DNA from: Negaprion brevirostris | Lineage: Eukaryota | DNA length: 64,000 nucleotides | Direction of reading: 5' to 3' | NCBI GenBank assembly: GCA_030324005.1 | Contig: JARDVH010000025.1 | Span: 74,600,336-74,664,335, forward strand | Shown here: positions 51,889-64,000 of the stretch, piece after piece | Numbering within the stretch: the first letter of the stretch is position 1 | Layout of the letters: each line of letters starts with the position of its first letter | Translations under genes and position numbers: made by a program | Notes under the pieces: generated by a model | What the model was told of the DNA's origin: nothing | The model's input: the letters and a program-made list of their open reading frames with translations, nothing else | The model's database searches: none

Positions 51889-53030
51889 ATGGCACCTCAA
51901 TTCAGAGCTATAGGCCCTTCGAAGACAAGGCAGAGAGCTGGATACTTTATACAGAGTGCTTCAGTGTTCATCTGCAGGCCAACAAACTTGGCAATGACCT
52001 GGTTGTACTGGTTTTCCCTAAGTATCATGGGGAGCAAGGCTTGTGCTTTTTTAAAAAGTTTGGTACAACCTGAAAAACGGGCTGAGAAGACTTAACAATG
52101 TTTTGCAATGTATTAGAAGCTCACTTCATTCCCAAGCCTTTGATGTTTGCAGAGCAGTTCAGATTTTATAAGCACTGGACACGAAAGACCCAATGTCACA
52201 AGTAAAAGCGAATTGGTCACATTGCCCAAAATTGCTGGGTGCAACTAAGCCGAGAGAGAGGGAAACAACAGGGAGCAGTTAGAAGGACAAAACAGAAGGT
52301 CCATACTGCCAGCCATGGAGAGGATAGAGAATCAGCTAGATCTGCGGGGGAAGCAGACTGTTCAGAGAAACAGGAGTTCAGGTTAAACATTCTGTCGATA
52401 CGGGGTGAAGCCAGTCGTTTCTGGGTTCTCCCTGAACTGGAAGGGAAGACCACGAAAATGGAAGTCGATGTGGAGGCAGCAGCAGTGTCCTTGATACTTG
52501 AATCAGTAAAAAGGGATAAGTTAAAAGCCCTGCAATTAAAATCTGCCAAGATCACATTGCGAACATATACAGAGCAAGTGGTAGCCCTCGAGGGTTGTAT
52601 ACTGGTGAAGGCACAATTGAGGACCAATTTATAGAGTGACAACTATATGTGGTAAAAGATGTTTTGCGAGGTACCCTTGGAGAGATGAAGAGTGTCGAGA
52701 TTTAGTTAAGGCTGAAGCCAGATGCTTGTCCTAAAAGTCTAATGGCGTACTGTCCTGGACATGCTTTTAAACTTTTAGGTTAAGTTATGGCTGAAGTAAC
52801 AAGCTTATCCGAAAAGCCTAAAGGCATTTCCAGGACAGTATGCCATTAGACCTAAAATGAAGGTTAATTTGGAATGGTTGGTGGGTCTGGGTGCTTTGGA
52901 ACAAATAACCACCAGTGAATGGGCTGCCCCAATTGTCGCGGTGTTGAAATCAGACGGCTTGGTGAGAATTTGTGCAGATTTTAAGGTGAAAGTAAACCCA
53001 ATTCTGTGTGCAGACCATACCCTCTAATTC
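51889..53030 (+). mobile_element. Ty3/Gypsy LTR retrotransposon remnant (gag-protease-start of RT)
   Basis: IGPFEDKAESW (gag start, frameshifted), KMEVDVEAAAVSLI (degenerate DTG protease site), ITLRTYTEQ and SEWAAPIVAVLKSDGLVRICADFKVKVNP. Confidence 0.85.
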
Positions 53031-53379
53031 AGAGGCGTATTCCAGGGATTGGTTGGTTTGTGGCCTCCTACATAAAACCACCTAGTGGAGGCCATTAGCT
53101 GAACAGAATTTAGAATTCAAGTCTGCTTTGAAGATCACAGTTTCTATGGAATTGGCTGCCAGTGAAGCAGTGCAGTTGGGTCTCAGTGCCCAGGGGCACA
53201 AGGAAGCGGAAGCCCCGCAGCGTTCAGCAATGCCAGCGGAATGCCGCCGATATGGCATTACTATTACATTATTTTTTGAATAATAATGTCACATTTGCAA
53301 TTCTCTAGGCCCCTGGAACCAACCTCCATGTCTAAGGTGGATGGGGAGATAGAGCTCATCAGCTATAAGTACAGTTGGA

Positions 53380-54150
53380 CTTACTGATATCAATTTTTAA
53401 TGCATCCAATACCTTAACTATCTTATATCTCTTTATGGCTAAACTCTTTCTTGATAAAATAGAGATGCAAAGCACTCATTTAGCAACCATGCCCTCTACT
53501 TCCACATTCCACGTAGGTCTCCTTTCTGATCCCTAATTGTTCCCACCACCCTTTACTATTTACATATCTAAGGATGACTTTTGGATTCCCATTTATGTCA
53601 ATTGCCACTCTCTTTTATTTCCTTTTTTCACTTTCCCTCTGAGCTTTCAATATTCAGCCTGGTCCTCACGTCTGTTAAGAACCTAACAGCTGTCAAATGC
53701 TTCCTTTTCCTGCATCATCTCATTCTTGATCTCTTTTGCCATCCAGGGAGCTCTGGCTTTAGTGGTCCTACCTTACTCTGTTGTGGAGATGTGCCTCAAA
53801 AGTATTGAACCATCTCTTTAAAGCGGCCCATTGGTCAGTTAGACTTCTGCTTGCCAGTCTGTTATTCCAGTTTACCTGAGATATGGATACTGAAATTGAC
53901 CCTCTTTAAATTCAATATTTTTATTCCTCCTTTTCCATAACAAATCTAACCCTCATGATACTATGATCACTATTCCCTAAGTGTTTCCTCATTGACACAT
54001 GATTCTGTTAGCCCACCTCATTCCTCAAAACCAAATACCCGCTCACTGGACCAGAAATAATTCTGCTCAAGAAAATTTTGTCCAACACATTTCAGAGTCT
54101 GTTTCCCATGTCCTACTGTCCCAGTCCATAGTGGAATCATTGAAGTAATT
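53380..54150 (-). mobile_element. CR1 LINE internal fragment
   Basis: Reverse-strand similarity to the CR1 endonuclease-to-RT linker (HLGNSDHSIMR-like; LNECFAS). Confidence 0.65.
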
Positions 54151-54359
54151 TGTCACCAGAATCCACAATGGATTTCCTTTTATTTCATTTCTGCAAGACA
54201 GTTTGCTACAGTTATAGCAAAGCCTGGCAAATACATAAAATTAATCATAAAGCTTTATAGAGGTGTAGGATCATTTCCACTTCCCTCCTCCTGGGCTTTG
54301 GCACTACTCCAGCACAGTTTGTTCCACTTGTCACAACCTGAGCAACTGCTATATGTGAA

Positions 54360-55238
54360 GGTCTCCCTGGTGAATGTCTGTTGTGGAAGCAGGCTCTTCA
54401 CAACCTTGGTGTCATACTTAACACTAAAAGGAGCTCCTGGCCACACATCGGCACCAACATTAAGATCACCACCTTCCACCCAGCTCCTGTTTCAATTCTT
54501 CTGCTACTGAAACCCTCATCATTACCATTGTTATCTCTAAATGTGTTTATTCCAGCACACTCATCCTCTGTTCTACCTTTCCACGTCCTAACCAACTGCA
54601 GTCTTGTTCAGCCGCTGTGCCCACTGATCTAGATGGGCAACTTGTCAAGCAATACCTCTACTTTAAAATTCCCATTTTTTTTCAAATCTCTCCCTGGTTT
54701 TGTTTCTCCATTGCCCTGTAATATTCTTCAGCCCTATACCCTCAGAGATATCTGTGTTCCTCCAATTCTTGCCTCTTGAACATCCCCAATTTTGATTGCT
54801 GCACCATTGGTGACCATTTCTTCAGCTGCCTAAGCCCTATGTAAGTGAGTTAAGTAAGTTTCTTCATTAGTCACAAGTAGGCTTTCATTAACACTGCAAT
54901 GAAGTTATTGTGAACTCCGGCGTCTGTTCAGATACACTGAGGAAGAATTTACCATGACCAATGCACCTAACCAGCACACCTTTCAGACTGTGGGAGTGAA
55001 CCGGAGCACCCAGAGGAAGCCCACACAAACACAGGGAGAATGTGCAGACTCCAAACCAGGAATTGAACTTGGGTGCCTGGCATTGTGAGGCAGCAGTGCT
55101 ACCCACCATGCCACCCTCTACCTCACATTTCTACCTCACCACCTCTCCTTCAAATGGTCCTTAAAATCTGCCTGTAGATCAAGCTTTTGATCATATGCCC
55201 CACTATTTCCTTCTGTGGCCCTCTGTCAAATTGTGTTT
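54360..55238 (+). mobile_element. L2 LINE 3' remnant with a V-SINE inserted on the - strand at about 54858-55115
   Basis: HNLGVIL and AETLI...LDY-like motifs. The V-SINE head and tail are visible inside it. Confidence 0.7.
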
Positions 55239-55802
55239 NNNNNNNNNNNNNNNNNNNNNNNNNNNNNNNNNNNNNNNNNNNNNNNNNNNNNNNNNNNNNN
55301 NNNNNNNNNNNNNNNNGGTTCAATAGGGCAAATGCTCCCTCACTGCAGGCACATCACTTACTGCCAGGATGCATCTCTTCAGAACAAAGGAGGAAATTCA
55401 GTGATAGTTCCCAAATCTTACCTCTTTTGTTATAGTGGCCAAATCTTGCTTCTTTTGACTAAATGGCAAGGAATTGGGATTAGAATGGATGACGCCATTT
55501 GAAAAGCCATTACTCGCACAGGTATGATGAACAAATTACTTCATTGCCAGTGCTATGATTTCTAAAATTCATTAATATTTAAAACAAATGCTTTGGAAAA
55601 AGGTTGCACCTGACCAGAACTGGAAGATTATGGAGGTCAGTGAATAAGGAGTACAAATTTGTGTCTGTAGCACAGAATCTTTTCATTTGTCAGCCATGGT
55701 CCTCAGTCAGCCTCATATGTCTTCTGTTTATTAAAACTAATGAATGAGGACAAAAACTACCAGAATAATGAACTGTTTTGGTACAATTTTGCAGTGAAGT
55801 AA

Positions 55803-56081
<279 letters not shown>

Positions 56082-57819
56082 TGATTTTCACTACACTTGC
56101 ACATACCTTTTTTCTGTATCAGGAAGAATAGAAATAGTTGATCTCATAAAGATGCCTTGTAATCTAGGCTCTTTGCATAAAATCCTCTTTTATCTCTTCC
56201 AGGCCTGCTTACTTTCAAATACTATAATTTAAAAGTCATTACATGTTATTGCTTTTTTCTCTGTTCACCTGATAATACCTTGTCGGATGCTAGCTAGTCC
56301 TCGAAGGGTGATTGGCTTTCTGATGATCAGAGAAAGTCCAACATTATATCATATTACCTAGAAGCAACTGTCCTCATGGGATGAAACAGCATTGTAGCAA
56401 ACCACACTGAAGTATGTGTAGGCCATGCTGTAAAATGACAAGATGGAAATGCAAGCCCATCCACCAACTCTCAGTTCTCAATCTAAGTGACATTAATGTG
56501 GGGAGATACTGGACTAAGACCAAGGGATTCCTGAGGGAGGAAAAATCACTGAGACAATAGTCACTTCACATGAACCTTTTCAAAATCAGTTCAGAGCAAA
56601 AAGGTCAGTGAAATGGCGAACAGTCACCCACTTGTCTATTTCGCCGCAGATAATAAATACATGGTGCAAGGAGATCAAAGAAATACATGGGACTTCACTT
56701 TTCTGCAAGAAAAATCTTAAGGAACATGCAGGGGCCCATGGTTACAATTCTAAAATCTTAGTTGCGGCAACAACTGGCTCTTGGTTAGTGACAGGAAAAT
56801 CTGGTATAAATGAAATATTGACTGCATTTTGATTTCAAGACACTGAAGGGCAGGCTGGACAAATAAGATACAATAGAAACTGGAGAAATAGAGAAACTGG
56901 GAAATCATGCTAAGGGAGATATGAGGGTAATTCTTGGGGTAAAGTAAATAGAGGGAGGGGGAAACAGTAAATAACTAAAGGGAATCTGAAATTTAGGGAG
57001 AGGGTCAGAATAAAATCAAAAGATCACACAAGATGGGAACAAAACTAATAAAGCTAAAGGAAAGAAACAAAATATTGAGAGAAGATATGCCTATTTTTTT
57101 GGAAGAATGTGTTTGTGCTGCAATCCAATAAGAGAGCACAGTGGTGAATAGACTACAGCTGCAGGAGATCTGAGACATGTTATTCTGTCTTCACACTATT
57201 GGACATGAATTCCAACACACCAATACAAAAATACATGGGGTACATAAGGGAAAGTAAACAGATGCACAATCTGAGCATGGTATGGCAACACTGCTTTAAG
57301 TTTTCTTGTTCATAACATTTCAAAACTACATTATTCAGGTGCTCCGCTGCTTGAGGTGTGCAAGTGAAACACCACAGAGCTTTCTGCTCTTGTGGTGTGG
57401 GAATAAGCCACCTCACATATTTTGCTCCTTGAGGGTTGTAGACAAAGTGCACCAAATGCCTCTTTTCCCATGGTGTGTGAATGAGGTTTCCAGAGCTTCT
57501 TGCTAACCTTCCTCTACCAACACTGAAGGCAGAATAATTGTCTGTTGATCTATGTAGATTTTAATTAGCTGCTGCATTTGCTTACAGAACAACAGTGTGT
57601 GTATTAAAGAACAATTCACTGTAAGTGAGATGCTTTGAGGTGTTTCTCAGAGACGTGACGCAAGTCCTGGATAAATATGTCTTTCCTATTTCTTTCTTTC
57701 CTTTCTACTTACCCTCTTTGTCTCAGACGCATTGGTCATCAGGAATGTGGGTAAAAGGTCATAAGTACTTATGTCATGATTGTGATTACCACTAAGTTTG
57801 GTCTTCTCTGGTTTGACAG

Positions 57820-57927
57820 GTCTGTGTAGAAAAACTGATGCCTTTGAGTTCTTTTTCTACTGCCTTTCACCAGCCAACCTATAGCAAACAACCTATGTAT
57901 AGGAAAGCAATTTTTGAAGTTTTACAG
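57820..57927 (+). CDS. DNMT3A: DNMT3A exon (human exon 9 equivalent), C-terminal half of the PWWP domain
   Basis: tttgacag|GTC...CAG|gtatga, 108 bp. Translates to [36 protein letters not shown]. Too short to appear in the ORF track. Confidence 0.97.
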
Positions 57928-58329
57928 GTATGAAATTCATTCATTAATCTGCTCTTTAAATGCTTGTTCACTATTAATATATGTCAACAACTTCAGTGAG
58001 TTGATTTTCATTGGGTCGGTCTCAAGAAAAATAATCTTTGTTCACTTTGATGTTTACCGGAAGTGTTCGCTAACATAGTTGTGTCATTTCAAACACTGAA
58101 GCAGGAAGACCATTGCCTTCTTGATTGTATTTTCTAGAATCAGCCTCATTACTTATTCAGAGCAAACTGGAGTGGGCCTTTATCATGGAGCTTATTAGAA
58201 TGCAGGAAGCAGAAAATGTTGCATACTTTTGAACCTTAAATAACAACACTTGCAACAAAGCAGATAGCACATAGATCAGGAGCGAACAGGAGCACTGACA
58301 GAGATAAAGAGGTTGGAATCTGATGGTTA

Positions 58330-58915
58330 GAAGACCAGCTCCTTTCCATTCAAAGCTGTCCAGCTATTTGATCCAACAAGCCCTATATTCTGAAGAAGGA
58401 TCCCATCAGCAATATTTGACCATGTATTATAGAATAATACTGCAATGTTTGGGTATGAATCTGAAAGAGTCTGCTGCCTACATCTGTGCCAGGCAGATGT
58501 GGCAGTTGACATTTAATGCAGAGAGACATGAAGTGATTCATTTGGTAGGAAGTATGAGAAGAGACAAGACAAAATGAAAGTTACAATTCTAAAGGAGGTT
58601 CAGGAATAGAGGGATCGAGGACTTTATGTGCACAAATCATTGAAGGTGAAAGAGCAGGTTGAGGGAGCAATTAATAAAACATAAGAGCTGCTGGGCTTTA
58701 TAAATAGGGGAATAGAATATAAAAACAAGGAAGTTACGATAAACATCCACAAAACCATGGTGCTGCCTCGACTGCACTATTGCATAAAGCTTTGAGCATC
58801 ACACTTTAGAAAAGATATGAAGGTATAAGAGGGAGTGCAGGAAAGACTCACAAAATTGATTCCTGGGAATGGGATGAGGAACTTCAGTTATGTGGGTACA
58901 TTGGAGAAGCTGGAG
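58330..58915 (+). mobile_element. CR1 LINE RT fragment
   Basis: WQLTFNAERHEVIHL, LGFINRGIEYKNKEV and LEGVQ-like motifs. Confidence 0.85.
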
Positions 58916-59084
58916 CATGGGCCTTAAAACTGTTTCATGCCAACTTCATACAAATCACCTGATAGTTACAATCCTCTGTGTTGTTGTTGCCTGGGACTTG
59001 GACGCTCAGAGATATAAGCTGCAGCTTCAGGTTTTAAGTTATCAAGGGGTTACCCTGACTCTTCAATTTACCGATCTAAACTAG

Positions 59085-59241
59085 GTGGCAAGCAACAGAG
59101 CAGGAAAACTCTTTCCAACACCATCCGGGAATGATGAGTTAGACACAGCCAAAGGCGTGGAAACCCAAACCAAGCAAATGATCGAATGGGCTTTGGAAGG
59201 ATTTCTGCCTTTGGGGCCAAAGAGTTTGGAACCACCAGAAG
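59085..59241 (+). CDS. DNMT3A: DNMT3A exon (human exon 10 equivalent)
   Basis: aaactag|GTG...GAA G|gtaaga, 157 bp, phase-1 end. Translates to [52 protein letters not shown], matching human VASSRAGKLFP...[21 protein letters not shown]. Confidence 0.96.
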
Positions 59242-59749
59242 GTAAGATTGAGCACAGATTTTGACAAATGGACACTATGTGTAGAGATTTTTCTGTAGTG
59301 TAAATGACAATGTTGTTGCATATATATTGAGATGAGAAATTATTACAGTAATTATGCGTAGAGCAGAAGATAGCCTCAACAAATATTCTTGCTTTAAAAG
59401 AAAAGGCATCATTATGATAATCTGGAAATTTCTGTTTCGGTGCTATTGAGGTTAATTGAGGGAGATTGAAGATTGTGAAGTTTTTTTTGATGCGTCATTT
59501 GACAGTTTTCAGCATGTGTGCTATTGTATCACCCACACAATAGTTTACCCACTAAATGAAAGAAACTTGAATTAGTTCTGAACTGATATTTGGAGACGTG
59601 TAAACAGTGGAGCTGGTGGAATGGCCAATACATAAAATTAATTGAATGAAATTGTTGAAAAATAGAACATCTTGAATTAGTGGCTGGTGCACCAATCTTC
59701 TTTGTACTGTTGGTTCCACAGCTAAATTTTCACTGGCAGCTTCAGCTGA

Positions 59750-60000
59750 TCTACTGATGATCATGAAACTGCCAATGATTGTTGGAAATGCCCATCTGCT
59801 TCACTAATACCCTTGAGGGAAGGAAATCTGTCGCCCTTATTTAGTTTGGCCTACATGTGACCCCAGAGCCATAGCAATGTGGTTGACTCCGAACTGCCCT
59901 CTGAAATGGCCTAGCAAACTATTCTGTTCAAGGGCAACTAGGAATGGGCAATAAATGCTGGCCAGCCAGCAATGCCCACGTCCCACAAATGAATGAAAGA
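59750..60000 (+). mobile_element. tRNA-SINE, second family (3' part)
   Basis: gggaaggaaatctg...ggcctacatgtgac...gggcaataaatgctggcc...atgaatgaa. Same family as 5931-6165. Confidence 0.75.
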
Positions 60001-61016
60001 AAGCTTATTTGCTTTCTTACAGCTTTGACCTCCAGTTACTTAATTTAAAACTGAGGTTTTCTTGTTGTGGCATGAAGCACATCGAAGTTGATATTTCTCC
60101 TAAAAAGCTTGGTGTGTTGCATTGTAATCTAGCTCCCAATTATTCAGGGTATATGATGTGCTTGTTCAAAATTTCAGTGGCATATTTGAGAATTATTCTG
60201 ACTGTGGAATAAGATTAACTTTACCTGTGTGGTACCACAAGGATTTTTTGACCTTCTCACATTACTACTGGTGTTCATTAGGAGAATGATGGAATTATTT
60301 TCCCCACTGAATAATGCAGCAAATTGCTGTCTCATATGGAACTAATGTTTTGTGACCCAGGACAATGGTATAGGAAGAGGTGAATGGACAGGTGTTACAT
60401 TTATATAGTTGCCCGGAAAAACAGAAGGCAAAATGGAATAATTAACCAATATCTTGTGGAGGGAATCAGAGAAGAGAAGAACATATGCTTCATTGCAAGC
60501 TCACTTTGTGGGTGGTAGAAATTGTGGGAGAGCATTTGGCAAATGTGGAAGATGATCAGGATGAAGGTGAGGAAAAGTGGGAAGGGTTGAAATCAGTGGC
60601 CCTGGAATTGGGACAGACGTAGGCAGTTTGAACTGACAAAAATCAATACATTTCAGAAGGCCTGGTAATGAAAGTGGAACCATCACAGTAAATGCAACAG
60701 AGATGGAGTAACTGGAAGAAACAAAGCATAGGCAGCTTNNNNNNNNNNTCCTATGGTTAAAAGCATAGCATTGACCATTGACTTGATGCATTATTAATGT
60801 ACAGATTCCTAACTCATTAATATGGATATTCCTTTGCTAGATTAGCAGCAACATTTTAAAAATTTCAGATGAATACTTTTATTACCCTATCAGACAGAGG
60901 AATCTCTGGTGATGTGTTCAACATTCATATGCTAATATTGCAAATGGTTTCTCAGCTATCATGATTAAAACTGAAGGTACTGGCAACTCAAATCAGGTTC
61001 ATTATTAATGGCAAAT

Positions 61017-61735
61017 TCTTCTTCTTGGGCAGTCTCTCGGAGTCGAGGATGACTTGCTTCCACTCTAAATGTGAGTTCTCAGGTGACTGAGGAATCCAAT
61101 GTGTGACCGACAGTCTCTGTCACAGGTGGGTCAGACAATGGTTGGAGGAACAAGTGGGTAAGGTGCCCAGATTGCCACCCGTTCCTTTCTCTGTTGAGGC
61201 TTGGCTTCAGCTTGCTCCCAGTTTGAAAGTGTTAAGCTCCTTTCTAGATCATTTTCCTCTATTCTGGGCAGTCTTGTGCCAAAATTCCCTGGTGTCGGCA
61301 TGGATGTGGCATTTCTTTAAGGAGGCTTTGAAGGTGTCCTTGAAGCATTTCATCTTCCCTCTTGGGCTTGCTTGCCGTGTGGAAACTCCGAGTAGAGTGT
61401 TTGTTTTGGGAGTCTTGTGTCAGGCACGCAGACGATGTGGCATGCCCTGTGGAGCTGACTGAGCCTGGTCTATGCTTCAATGCTGGGGATTTTGGCCTGA
61501 GCAAGAACACTAACATTGGTGCACCTAATTGGTTCCTGTGGATTTGCAGAATCCTGTGCAGGCAGCGCTGGTGGCGCTTCTCCAGAGTTTTGAGGTGTCA
61601 GCTGTACAGAGTCCATGTATCTGAGCCATATAGGAGGACGGGTATCACTGTTGCCCTATAGAGGATGAGCCTGGTGCTGGGTCTGAGGTCTTTGTCCTCA
61701 AACACTCAAGTGACAGAAGGCTGCACTGGCACACT
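61017..61735 (-). mobile_element. RTE-clade LINE 3' end
   Basis: Reverse strand ends ggaagcaagtcatcctcgactccgagagactgcccaagaagaagaa. The frameshifted C-terminus contains FKDTFKASLKKC. Confidence 0.85.
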
Positions 61736-61739
61736 AGTA

Positions 61740-62490
61740 AATCTTTGTTAAACTACTCAAGTGGAAATATCTTTTACTTTGAACGAAGGTAAACGGTACA
61801 CCGGTCATTTCTGGACGAGTGAGGAAGTACACTCAGAGTGATCTGACACTCTCTGTATTGATGGACATGGTACTACAAGACTAGACCTCAGAACTAACTT
61901 GAAACTGTACTCCTCCAGAATGTTGGAGCTGTCAGTACAGTCAGGGTATCTTCTTTGGAGGCTCAGAGCAATCAGTTTGTCACATTGAGAAGATGAGTAT
62001 TAGACATGTTACGTGGGGGCCATTATGAAATTGGATGCAAGAAGGAAATAGCCAGGACTTATTTCTGATGTTCTGGATTGAACATGGAAATTAAAGAGAA
62101 AGTAGAACATGTTCCTCTTATGCAAAGCTAAGAAACCTGCCACCCTGACACTGCTGCACCTATGGAAATGGCCAGAAGAGGCTTGGCAGTGAGTGCATGG
62201 GACCTTTTGAAGGACATATATTCTTAGTAAGTCAATACTTATTCAAAGTAGCGAAAAGTCCCTATAGTGAAATGGAATTAATCAGAAAAGACTAGCAAGA
62301 GGCTAGGAGAATTCTTTAGTGGGTTTGGATTCCTTGAACAAGTGGTACATGACAATGGACCTCAATTTGTCTCCCAAGGATCCACAAGTTTCTTGAAAAA
62401 GAATGGTATTCAACATATTAGATTTGCACTGTACCATCCTGTTACAAATGGACTAGCAGAATGTTTTGTCTAAACCATGAAAAATACATT
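61740..62490 (+). mobile_element. Ty3/Gypsy integrase remnant
   Basis: FGFLEQVVHDNGPQFVS...FLKKNGIQHIRFALYHPVTNGLAECFV, the integrase DDE core. Confidence 0.88.
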
Positions 62491-62880
62491 CAGAGCAAAA
62501 TGAACATCAGCCTTTTAGAAAATGAATCTGGGGAGATGGCTATGGGGAACAAGGAAATGGCAGAGGACTTAAACAGATGTTTTGCATCAGTCTTTATGGT
62601 GGAAGATAATTTGAACGTCCCATTAGTATGAAAGAATACAGTAAATAAATAAGTAAAGTAATAACATTGGCTATCCGCCAATCCTCTGGGAGTGTGGCCA
62701 ATGAGGAAACAAAGATTTCTGTTAGATTTAAGAATTCATCCCTTCTCTCCCTCAGTAATTTGGGATAGATGCTACCTGGCCCTGGGGATTTGTCTACCTT
62801 AATGCTTTTAAATATACCTAACACTTCCTCCCTCATAATGATGACTTGATACATTGCTCTTAGTCTCCCTAACCTACATT
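62490..62880. mobile_element. CR1 fragments in both orientations
   Basis: MGNKEMAEDLNRCFASVF on the + strand and IKVDKSPGPGSIYPKLLRE...PEDWRIAN on the - strand. Confidence 0.8.
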
Positions 62881-62898
62881 TTTTCTCAATTATTAGCA

Positions 62899-63125
62899 TC
62901 TCTCTCACTGTCTCCCTTCCTCCCTCCCTCGCCTGTGCTTCTTCACCCTCCTTTCACCCATTTCCCTACTTTATGCCTCCCTTTTCTGTTCTCTAGCTTT
63001 CTCCCCTCCCCCCTACTTTTCTCCTTCTCTTTTTCTTGCGCTCCATCCTTTCCTCTTCTCCACCTTACTGCCACATCCCATTTCCTTGCCTTTGTTCCCC
63101 GTTCTCCCTATATTTTAAGCTCTCT
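62899..63125. repeat. Pyrimidine-rich low-complexity tract
   Basis: Visibly C/T-rich. Confidence 0.8.
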
Positions 63126-64000
63126 CAATAAGCACCCCTGCTGTGGCCAAACACATCATTTGGTGTCATCCGATTTGAGCAGTGAGAATCCTAAGGTTGC
63201 ACCCATTGGCACTGAGTTTAAAATGGTCCATCTCTGTGAGCAGTCTTTCAGCTGTTTGTTACCACTCTGGTTTCTGTATTTACCATTGCCTCTTTGCTGT
63301 CTATCACTGGTATTCAACCAACAGTGGGCAGGGGCCATACCATATAACCTGACGGGGGTAGGGTCCATCCTTGTCAGACAGTCTGTGTCCAGTGGAGGAA
63401 CTTGCGAATAACAAAAGAGGGATCTACAGAAAGCCACCCCCTTGCCATTTACAGCAATTCCCCCTCCCCCACAATCACCAGGGCCTTTGTGGTGATCCAG
63501 TCCCACTTCCAGAGGCTTTAGTATCAGTCCTCAGCCTACTGCAGTTCCAGCAGTGACTTCCGCTCTTGGTGGAGCAGCTGGTACTTGTGAGCTGCCAGCC
63601 TCTGATTGGCTGGAAGCTCTCGGAGGCAGAGCATCCTCCATAAGGAGAACTGCTGGAAATTCCCCCTTCATGAGCCAAAAACTCAAACAGAAGCCAACAG
63701 GCTGTCTGACTGAGATTTAATCCCAAAAAGACCTCCCAGAAATGGCTACAAAAGAGATTGCCACCTGCTCCCCAGTTGGTGGATGGGGTCACAACCATTA
63801 AATTCCACTGATTATTTTGATTTAATTGACCATTGTTTAAGCTATAGAATTGATTAAATAGTTACTTGAAACCTTGGAATGCCACTGCATCAGAGGTAGC
63901 TTCGAGAATATCAGGTGGAACTTCACAGCCTCATTTGTCCCAAAACCATAAAATCCACTCCGAGTCAACAGACCTTTCCAAGGTCCTCCCCTCACAAGCT

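Noticed and set aside
60470-60490. gaagagaagaac resembling the start of the next DNMT3A exon (EEKNPY)
   Set aside because: No polypyrimidine acceptor, and the translation does not continue as NPYKEVY. That exon is probably beyond the window.
62854-63411. 185-aa hydrophobic ORF
   Set aside because: Produced by a pyrimidine-rich low-complexity tract.

Overview
This is vertebrate genomic DNA from a gapped scaffold, almost certainly a shark or other elasmobranch, because it carries many HE1-type V-SINEs. The window is the interior of a DNMT3A gene on the + strand. Four coding exons match human exons 7-10: the DNMT3A2 start region, the PWWP domain and the post-PWWP linker, at 50176-(gap), 55908-56066, 57820-57927 and 59085-59241. 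No upstream DNMT3A1 exons are recognisable, so roughly the first 50 kb is intron. That intron is filled with decayed CR1, L2, RTE, Rex/Babar and Penelope retroelements, three or more SINE families and PIF/Harbinger remnants; Gypsy remnants lie in the later introns. The most notable items are: (i) a decayed retroviral-type envelope glycoprotein fragment (about 7900-8977) with a spuma/loki-like layout; (ii) Penelope-derived palindromic mini-elements carrying minimal hammerhead ribozyme cores, one nearly intact in the sense orientation of the pre-mRNA; (iii) two candidate alternative first coding exons for short DNMT3A2-like isoforms; (iv) an isolated ~100-nt hairpin. Transposon boundaries are approximate and family names come from remembered motifs, not database searches.
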